Assembly: GCA_020137815.1 (NCBI GenBank)
Contig: CM035362.1
Location: 2,170,001-2,234,000, forward strand
Reading direction: 5' to 3'
Source of the DNA: Hormiphora californensis
Taxonomy: Eukaryota > Animalia > Ctenophora
Length of the DNA: 64,000 nt
Numbering within the stretch: the stretch's first letter is position 1; each line of letters starts with the position of its first letter. Below, one piece after another: positions 54,658 to 64,000 of this stretch. The notes under the pieces are model-generated. The model saw nothing but the letters and a program-made list of their open reading frames with translations, ran no database searches and was not told the origin of the DNA. The position numbers and the translations under genes are program-made.

Positions 54658-57600
54658 CTAAGGGCACACCCTCATGTTACTCAGAGCAGCATCACTAGGA
54701 CACACTGCCTCCTCCCTCCAGCTATCTCCCACCCACCATCCAGCACCACTGCACCTCTTCTCCAAATCCAGGGCCATCATACAGGCGGGATCCAGGACAA
54801 CTGGCTTGTAGTTAGCCTCAGCCTCAGCTCGGGTCAACCCTTTCATGGCCATAGCCTGGACAATCTTAGCCTCGATCTCAGCATCACACCTCTGATCACC
54901 CTCTCCCTTGCAGTTTCCACCCATGGAGAGTCCGGCACACATGTCAAACATGCAGTTGGCAATCAGGGCACTTCGGTCCAGACCCATTCCATCCACACAG
55001 TCAACCAGGGCATCCAGATCCAGCATCATGGAACACCTCGCCTCGAACTCGAACCTCTCCTCCTGGGACACAAAGTCGCAGGGTCGAGTTCGCTCAACGG
55101 ACAGAGATCCATCCTCAGGCTCCAACTCGCATCCCTCACCCACGGCCCAGCTGTTGCCAAAGGCGGAGCTGGTGGTGTGGGGGAAGTAATCATTGGTAGG
55201 ATCGCAGTCAGCACTAGCACACATACCACTAACACCTCCAGCGCACTTATCCGGGAGACAGATCTTGCTGGTTGTGATGCCATCCCAGGAGACCTCAACC
55301 CCGGTGTTGCCAAGAGAGATAAAGTACTTCATGGCCCTGTTCTCAATCTTAATATCCCCCAGAGATCTTGTCTCACCGATGGGCACCATGAACTCATCCC
55401 CATTGTAGTTCACCCTGTACATCCTCAGGAACTGGACCATTTCAGCCTCGTAGAATACAGTGATGCTCACAATACAGGACAGCTGCTTGGTTTTGTCACC
55501 ACACGCCTTGAAGGTACCGTAAACCAGCCATTGACCCTTTACGTCATCTTGTGCAAGAACGTAAGTACAGGCTCCCATGTAGTCATACCTGGTGCTATCG
55601 AAAGTGAGGAGATGGGGGTCGCCATAAACATCACAGCACTGCCTATCATCGGCCTCACCACCGCCTCCCTGGACCACCACACTGTACCTGTGCTCAACCT
55701 GGTACTGGCCATGACATACACTCGCCTTCACCACCCATTCACCGGTCTGGCTGGCCTTCAGTTGAGTCGTGAAACTCTGTCCCTCGCCCAGCAGCCTGTT
55801 ACCAAAGAACCACTCGTAGGTGATGTCGTTGGGGGATGCCTCCGCAGCAGCGCTGAATGTCTGGGGTTGGCCGCCGGGGAAAGTGCCGCTCGGGGGCGTG
55901 TCAGTGAAGTAGGGGGTGGAGGGTGAGAAGGTACACTGACCCCGAGAGGCTACAGTGACACCAACAAGACCTCGCTCACACGCTTCTTTCTGCATTGAAC
56001 ACTCGTTGAAGTACGACTGACAGTCTGAACCGCACACCTGTGGGGAAAGTGAATAGTGATGGACATGTTGATAAGTTAGAAGTGGCTTACGGGGGGGGGG
56101 GGGGGTCAGAATTGGTGATGGTAGAAGGGGTTTAGGGGGTAACAACAACATGATTTTTCGCCTAACAGGGGAAATCCAACAGTCGCGGAGATAGGTAAAA
56201 ATACTGATCCTGATGATTTCAATAAAATCTACTTACGGGATCGAAAGTCTTAGGACAATCACTGGGGCACACACATTCATAAGTCCCCGTGTACATATCA
56301 GGTTCGCAGGTTTTAGGGGACACACAATCGTTATTGGCACAGATGTCTCGAATATCTAGGTACGCCTCCGCAGAAACACTCCCCCCATCGGCACTGTACG
56401 CAATGCAGATGTACCTTGGGGAAACGAGCATTATATATTTTAGTAGGGGAAATTACATCATATTGTTAGCTCTTATATTGTGGTTCATGGCTCAGGTTCA
56501 TCCCGCCCCGTATTCAGTGAAAAGCTTCCTGAAATTTCAAGGAATGGCTCCGAGAACCCTGAACCCAGGTTGGTCATGAAGTTACCCCTCCCTTACCGGC
56601 ACCCTACTACTTGGGTATTGTCTTCATGTCAGGTCAATGCTCCAACAGCATTGCTTCAGCATTGGTGACATAGACACCGTGCGGCGTGCGCGACCAAGAT
56701 TGTGTCTATACAGGGTGTCCCATATATTCTGTGGGTCGGTTGGCGAGCTGTCACGCAAAAACGGTGATAGTTGTGTGAAAACAGACTACGGGAGTGTGCT
56801 GGATTAGTTCCTTCCTAACTGATGGCTTTGTTTTGAAATTAAATTTCAAAAGTTCATTTTTCATGAATGAACATTCCTGTCATTCATTCGTGAATTCTGA
56901 AATATTGTTTACCTTGAGTAAAAAACTTTTCTTTGGCTCGAAATTATCTTTCCAATGAGCACCATAAAAATCAAATTGAAGCACCGGGTCGCATGGCAGG
57001 TGAGAAAATGCAAATGCATGATTTTGGCCATTCCTGCGACTTTCAATCAGCTGTATCACCGCTACTTTTTGTTCAATCCTTTTAAAAGTTTGGGTGAACA
57101 TCGGTGAAGATAAGATCTTTGCTCACAAGAAAAATCAAGGTCAAAACTCAAAGTTCATTTTTTATTTTTGGTAGTTCATTCCACTCATTCAGGAACAAAC
57201 ATCCCTAAAGTGACGAAAAGGTTTGGGTTTTGTTTGGCCCATGTCCTGAAACGACAGAGAGGTGTAAAAAAGTGTTTCTGGGCTAGTTAGTGGGTGTCCA
57301 TGTGATCATTATGATATCTGACACCTTTGCTGAGCCATAATTAAGAGATTTTCTCAAATTCAAACATGGGATACGAGTATTCTGCGATTGGTATCGTGCA
57401 CCAATAACAAGAGATCCCATAGCACCTCAAAAATTATGATTAGCTAAATGAGATGAGTTGATTTACGATTGAAAAGATTAAAACCAATGTAAAGTCGGAC
57501 TAAACGAACATTTTCAAGCGTGAATCAACTCATTTCATTTAGCTAATCATAATTTCTGAGGTGCTATGGGATCTCTTGTTATTGGTGCACGATACCAATC

Positions 57601-59172
57601 GCAGAATACTCGTATCCCATGTTTGATTTTGAGAAAATCTCTTAATTATGGCTCAGCAAAGGTGTCAGATATCAAAATGATCACATGGACACCCACTAAC
57701 TAGCCCGGAAACACGTTTTTACACCTCTCTGTCGTTTCAGGACATGGGCCAAACAAAACCCAAACCTTTTCGTCACTTTAGGGATGTTTGTTCCTGAATG
57801 AGTGGAATGAACTACCAAAAATGAAAAATGAACTTTGAGTTTTGACCTTGATTTTTCTTGTGAGCAAAGATCTTATCTTCACCGATGTTCACCCAAACTT
57901 TTAAAAGGATTGAACAAAAAGTAGCGGTGATACAGCTGATTGAAAGTCGCAGGAATGGCCAAAATCATGCATTTGCATTTTCTCACCTGCCATGCGACCC
58001 GGTGCTTCAATTTGATTTTTATGGTGCTCATTGGAAAGATAATTTCGAGCCAAAGAAAAGTTTTTTACTCAAGGTAAACAATATTTCAGAATTCACGAAT
58101 GAATGACAGGAATGTTCATTCATGAAAAATGAACTTTTGAAATTTAATTTCAAAACAAAGCCATCAGTTAGGAAGGAATTAATCCAGCACACTCCCGTAG
58201 TCTGTTTTCACACAACTATCACCGTTTTTGCGTGACAGCTCGCCAACCGACCCACAGAATATATGGGACACCCTGTATGTCACCAAGCTACAGCATTGTT
58301 ACTATTCTCGCTTCGCGGTTATTTCGTAACCGAGGTAACTGCAAGAACCGGTTCGAACCCCCCGCATAATATATATTCAGCTTACCATCCGATATGCTGC
58401 TCGTAGGCCTCATCAATAGCGTTGATAACTTTCTGTGTAGTTGGGCTAACATCACCAAAATCCTCTTTAGGCTGGGCATTATACTCATCCCTGCAGAGGC
58501 AGATAAATGTTGAAATAAAATTAAAACATACTTTCACAATCCTTCAATCACACACACAATCTGAATTAGTACCTGGTTAAATCGTTTAGTCTAAGCACTT
58601 TTACTCTTCACTGCATTGGGGAAACAGTCGTGCCTGAACCTCAGGTTCAGGCCACGGCTATTTTCCATTGACACCTGAAATCTTCAACTATATAGCTGGT
58701 ACTGACCTGGGAACGATTTTAATCCTCATGGCGTTATCGGCTGAGCAGCTGAACTGTGCAGAGGCTCCCCTTGGTACGGTCACATTCCGAGGAGGGGATG
58801 TTATCACTGCAGGCTCACTACTTCCTCCTCCTCCACCACCACCATTTGTTGGTAGACCCTGTCGAAGAGAAATACAATATCATGCGATAGAAGAGCATGA
58901 AGATTCTTCATGCTCTTCTATCGCATAGGGTGTGATTGAAGAATCCATATAAGAATAAAAAGTTAGATCATAAAAAACAATTAATTCGCGGAATCATTTT
59001 CCTGAATCTTTAATACCTGGAGATCACAGAGATATTTCAGCTCATCAGAGTTTGAAAAGCCGAGCTCGCCCCAGCACCGTTCCAAGTTGGCACACACATA
59101 AGCAGTGTCCCCGGAGGAGCAGTTTGCGGCGACAGTAGCCAGCAAAGTTACTGCCACTACAAGACGCAACAT
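54658..59172 (-). CDS. Secreted Ig, follistatin/Kazal, Ig/PKD-like, VWD, C8 protein, 5 exons
   Basis: Exons ~59172-59017 (signal MLRLVVAVTLLATVAA), 58858-58707 (ITSPPRNVTV..GASAQFSC), 58491-58386, 56413-56236 (GWYICIA; CVCPSDCP), 56037-54658 (VCGSD..YFNEC; YGDPHLLTFD; NCMFDMC). Confidence 0.9.
56711..58275. mobile_element. Tc1/mariner-type giant foldback element, ~765-bp arms, ~35-bp spacer, intronic
   Basis: TA|CAGGGTGTCCCATATATTC ... GAATATATGGGACACCCTG|TA; mirrored ORFs 56880- and 57885+. Confidence 0.92.
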
Positions 59173-59676
59173 TTCCTCTAGAAGTGGGGCGAACCGTGTT
59201 TTGAAATGAAAAATATACAAATAGTTAATCAAATGAAATTTCCCATTGCATTATTTAGTAGACTAAAATTACAGTTTAGTTGCAGTAAGTAATAGTGACA
59301 TAACCGATCAGCGACTATCGCTTTTCCGTTCGCTATATGCCGCCATGGCTAATCAAAACAGTTGCGAGAGTAAAGTAGTCAAGTAGATCAGAAGTACTAG
59401 CTAAGTAAACATCCGTCTGCACTATCCCGATCACGTGATGTTTTTCTTGTGGTGACAGCCCTTGCAGACAGATCGAGCAGAGAGACGTACCTGGTCAGAC
59501 TCACAGAAGACACATGAAGCTTGTCTGTGAATATATACTATAGCCGTGCACCATGTTTGTATGTGGCGGTGGTGGTGGTCTAAATATATGACCATGCATG
59601 TGGTGATGAAGGAGCTGTGAGATCAGTAGACCCTACAAAATATGTACTGTTCAGTATATAATTGGTAAGTGATGGC

Positions 59677-59850
59677 ATATGGGGGGAAAACAGTCGTGAC
59701 TGAACCTCAGATTTAGGGCTATATTTACTATTTAGACGTGATGAGGTCTCAGGGCTATTCTTGGTTATTGATCCTTGAAAATTTCTCTGAAATCTCAGTG
59801 AATAGCCGTGACCAGAACTTGAGATTCAGGCGCGACTGTTTTCCCCTATG
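59677..59850. mobile_element. Small MITE family GGGGAAAACAGTCG...CGACTGTTTTCCCC
   Basis: Terminal inverted repeats; a second copy at ~63098-63290 and a fragment at ~58617-58680. Confidence 0.7.
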
Positions 59851-60192
59851 AATATTATGTCACCCCACCCACCAACAAAGCTTATGGGTTGGCATACTCT
59901 GCAGACCCCTCTAGCATTGCGGAGTATAACACGCATGAGGAGACAGTACTAGGACAATTCAGCCGGTATAGTGGAGGAATATAATTATGTGTTTTTACTA
60001 TAAAAGACCGTGGTGAAAAATGTTGAGCCAAATCACCTTTGACTGCCACTAATTGTTTACTATCGGCAGGGGCTAAATCAATTGTGATTTTGGTTAACTA
60101 AAATAGCCTTTCGATGATATAAGTAATAAAAGTATCGATGAATTACCAGGGTAGTCACTGCAGACCCCCAAAAAACATGCTACCTAAATTTT

Positions 60193-60587
60193 TACCAGAA
60201 TTTAACGGAACCCTTTATTAGCGTTATACCTTTAATTAACATACCTTTAATTAAAGAAAATCAGTTAAGGTGAGCAATACTGGGTTAAAATGGTAATTAA
60301 ATTTTAGATAGTAATTTTGGCAAAACGATCAACCGAAAGATCAACCAGCTGCAGATAATTTCTTGCAGATTCAACCGCAGAAGTCATACCCGAATTGCTC
60401 TCCACCCACTCCTAATAAGTTTAATTCCTTTACTAGTGCAGAAAAATTAAAATAACAAAATTACGATGATAACGTAACGGCATCTTCTAATTTTAATTAG
60501 AGGAACCTTTATTTAGCGGAACCCTACCTTAAATTAACAAAGTTTTGACCACTTTCGTTAATTAAAGGTTCCGTTAAATTCCGGTAA
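60193..60587. mobile_element. Degenerate MITE
   Basis: TTACCAGAATTTAACGGAACC ... GGTTCCGTTAAATTCCGGTAA terminal inverted repeats. Confidence 0.6.
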
Positions 60588-60710
60588 TAAGGTATTGCAT
60601 GTTATAGTATGCACATGCCTCTCTCTATCCCTCTATCTGTCCCTCTATCCATCCCTCTATCCATCTCTATCCATCTCTATCCCTCTATCCATCTCCATCC
60701 CTCCCTCTCT

Positions 60711-62050
60711 CACGGCGTGCCTGGTGAAATTTTAACACGACCTAGCATGCAACGGGAAACCACCACTTGTACGTGGTAGCTGAGGGTCTACAGAATGGCG
60801 CTACGGTGCGGGAAAAAAAAAGTCCATGCCCTAAAATAGTTTTTTTTACTTTTATTTGATTTGGGTCAAAATTGGCTATATTAAACGTGGTCCCGAAAAA
60901 TCCATAATGACTTAGCACACGAAATATGTCACCCCTACCTATTTTTGCACGTAGAATCGACTGCCGTTGAAGTCGAATCTCTAAAATGACTGTAAAATGG
61001 TCAAAAGTTGATTTTTTACCATTTTTTGGAGGTTTTTGGCCCCTAAACCATTGAAAACGTTGAGATAGGAATTTGAAACTAGTGCCAATCGTTAAAATGG
61101 TCATTTTTCTACCAAGAACCAAGTTTTCGTGTATATCCGATTTATGGTTAGATTTGGGCAAATTGTTGAAATCTGCCAACTAGGAGAACCGTAACTTGAT
61201 TTTCTTGTTTTTTGGATTTTGGCATTTTTGACAAACTTCTGATTGAAATGGTCAATCGGGACTATGCTTAAGTTGTTTATGGGACAATTTTCGACTAAAA
61301 TCCAAGATTTCATACCAATCCAATAACATATCGTTGATTTATAGAAAATTTAAGTAGGCAAAACGGTGAAAATAAGCAAGAAAAGTTGTCATTTTGACCG
61401 TTTTGCCTACTTAAATTTTCTATAAATCAACGATCTGTTATTGGATTGGTATGAAATCTTGGATTTTAGTCGAAAATTGTCCCATAAACAACTTAAGCAT
61501 AGTCCCGATTGACCATTTCAATCAGAAGTTTGTCAAAAATGCCAAAATCCAAAAAACAAGAAAATCAAGTTACGGTTCTCCTAGTTGGCAGATTTCAACA
61601 ATTTGCCCAAATCTAACCATAAATCGGATATACACGAAAACTTGGTTCTTGGTAGAAAAATGACCATTTTAACGATTGGCACTAGTTTCAAATTCCTATC
61701 TCAACGTTTTCAATGGTTTAGGGGCCAAAAACCTCCAAAAAATGGTAAAAAATCAACTTTTGACCATTTTACAGTCATTTTAGAGATTCGACTTCAACGG
61801 CAGTCGATTCTACGTGCAAAAATAGGTAGGGGTGACATATTTCGTGTGCTAAGTCATTATGGATTTTTCGGGACCACGTTTAATATAGCCAATTTTGACC
61901 CAAATCAAATAAAAGTAAAAAAACGATTTTAGGGCATGGACTTTTTTTCCCGCACCGTAGCGCCATTCTGTAGACCCTCAGCTACCACGTACAAGTGGTG
62001 GTTTCCCGTTGCATGCTAGGTCGTGTTAAAATTTCACCAGGCACGCCGTG
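60711..62050. mobile_element. CAC...GTG giant foldback element (CMC/Chapaev-like), ~660-bp arms, ~17-bp spacer
   Basis: CTCT|CACGGCGTGCCTGGTG ... CACCAGGCACGCCGTG|CTCT. The 4-bp TSD is ambiguous because the target is a CT-rich repeat. Confidence 0.88.
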
Positions 62051-62321
62051 CTCTATCCCTCTATCCCTCTATCCATCCCTCCCTATCTATCCCTCTATCT
62101 ATCTTATCCTCCATACTTTTAGATCACTTGATGCTATTCAAGAGGAATGAGAGGACATATTTCTCTCTCTCCCTAGTTAAACACATGTCTCTCACTCCTG
62201 CTGATGCGTTGCTTTGGCAAGAGAGCAGCATAGATCATCGAGAATAATATTTTATTTGTTGTTGGTCACGCATAGCAGAGGTTTAAAGTTTTATAACATT
62301 GCCGCATCTAGCAATTATTTT

Positions 62322-63802
62322 ATGATACGAATCCTTCTCTTTACATCTCTATTGTGGAGGACTGCCATCTTCACAGGTTAGTCATGCTCAATTAATTGAT
62401 TAGTTAATCAACTGTATAAAACAAGGTAAAATTTATAGCGCGCTGAGATGGGTCTGCAGCGCAATTAAACTCTAATTGCGTTGCAGACCCATCTGAGCGC
62501 ACTGTCGCGTGCCCAATTTGAGAATTAAATCGGGGTCTGGCGCCGCCAGACAGATTTTTAGTGTGTTCTGACTTCTGACTACGCTCTTATGATTTCAATC
62601 ACATCTCAGACTGGACAGCTGTAACGAGAGCTAAGCATATACCATGGGATCTAGAGGGAACACCCCTCCAGATAAAAACGGCCTCCACTACACTGGGCAG
62701 TAATGACGTAATTCGGCTACATTTTTTTAAAACATCCGTTGATGGGACAAAAAATCAATTTGCCAGCAAGCTGATAGTGACGTTCAACTCGACTGCAGTA
62801 ACCTACTCGTTAAGCGGCTGTGTGGACTCTCCCGTAGACCTGCCAGTACAGCCCCCAGATGGAGTTGAGAGTATCTGGGTGGTAGCCAAAACAGAGACCA
62901 CCCTCATTGTCAAGTGTAATGGTGTAAAGGTGCTGAACTACCTGTTCGCAGATAGTTCAAATTCAGATGACCGCTGTGTTACTAAGCTGGGTGGTGATGT
63001 TGTGGAAACGATCACGTTTCACACCTCTGATACAATCTCTAAATTCTACAGAGCTGAACAAGGTATAGGCAGGGGTTATTCATCCTAGATATAAACTATA
63101 GGGGGGAAACAGTCGTACCTGAATCTCAGGTTCACGTCACGGCTATTTACACCTGGGACCTGAGATCTCAGGGCTCAGTACGTGACGGCTATTCCCTGAG
63201 ATTTCAGGGAAATTTTCAGGCAATAGCCAAGAATGATATATCAGGTCTTATATATCAGGTGTAAATTGCAGGCAAGACTGTTTCCCCATGATAGTAGTAT
63301 TATACATATTACAAAGTATACGTTTCCCAAATTAAACCTTGCTATCTACAACAACTAAAATATCCAATACCAGGATGGACAGCTGTAGAGCGAAATAAAG
63401 TCTACATACCCTGGGACCTGGAGGGAACTCCTCTCCAGATAAAGACGGACTCAGCACTGGGCAGTAATGAACTAATCAGGGTGGTTATGTACAAAACGAA
63501 AAGTACCTATACCGGTGTTCTTTCTGTGAATTTCCTCTCCCCGATGCAGTATTCTATAGGCAAGTGCACCACCAGCTTCACCGACCTTCCAGTACAACCC
63601 CCGGTGGAGGTGGAGAAGATCTGGACGATCAACAAAACACAGACCGCCCTCATCATCAGGTGTAATAATGTTGAGGTGCTGAACTACCTGTTCGCAGATA
63701 GTTCAGATAGCCGCTGTGTTACTGAGCATGGTGGAGATGTAGTGAGTGGGATCAAGTTTCATTCCGATGATGACACAGCATCTGACTTCTACAGAGCACC
63801 CG
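62322..63802 (+). CDS. Secreted protein with tandem exon-encoded ~145-aa modules (3' end probably beyond the window)
   Basis: Exon 62322-62376 is signal-like (MIRILLFTSLLWRTAIFT). Exons 62610-63062 and 63374-63802 are paralogous phase 1-1 modules: WTAV.R...IPWDLEGTPLQIKT...LPVQPP...IW...KT.T.LI..CN.V.VLNYLFADSS..RCV...FYRA. Confidence 0.85.
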
Positions 63803-64000
63803 GTAAAGATAAAACTTATAATAACACATATTGGTCGGATTTTCAAATTGTATACCCCAGACCCCTAGTCATTTTGCAATAACCAAACCCTGCTGAAATA
63901 GATCATCCCTTTCAATAAATTTGCATTTTAATAAACCCTCCATTCAGTTGAGTGTCCCGCCTTTCCTGTTGAGGGATCAACACAAGGAAACTGGCCAGTC

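Noticed and set aside
60742-61932. Mirrored identical ORF pairs (also at 3294-4558, 28266-28978, 56880-58106)
   Set aside because: By-products of palindromic elements; no transposase or other motifs.

Overview
Eukaryotic (animal) genomic DNA: compact and intron-rich, with GT-AG introns of mostly 80-400 bp and many microsatellites, minisatellites and non-autonomous DNA transposons. The lineage is probably a ctenophore; this is my inference from the gene content and the WDLEGTPLQIKT module, and is not verified. I hand-spliced about 14 protein-coding genes: two class-A GPCRs, two CAP/SCP proteins, a bL33m-like mitoribosomal protein, a double C-type lectin, COX16, PSMG3, a TSP1-EGF single-pass receptor, a divergent beta-tubulin, a candidate small secreted peptide precursor, a calmodulin-like protein, an Ig/follistatin/VWD secreted protein, and a secreted protein made of exon-encoded repeats that runs off the window end. 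There is also an ORF1-bearing LINE remnant and four 0.6-1.6 kb near-perfect palindromic elements. Highlights: PSMG3 and COX16 lie only 21 bp apart, in frame (operon or bicistron candidate); tandem duplications repeatedly straddle splice sites, including a 23-copy acceptor array; a CAP protein ends in a Ras-like polybasic CaaX tail; bL33m has a long C-terminal extension; there is a neuropeptide-like precursor and a hairpin-capped minisatellite. Several single-base frameshifts between about 9 and 23 kb suggest indel errors in the assembly. Exon coordinates were read by eye and may be off by a few bases.
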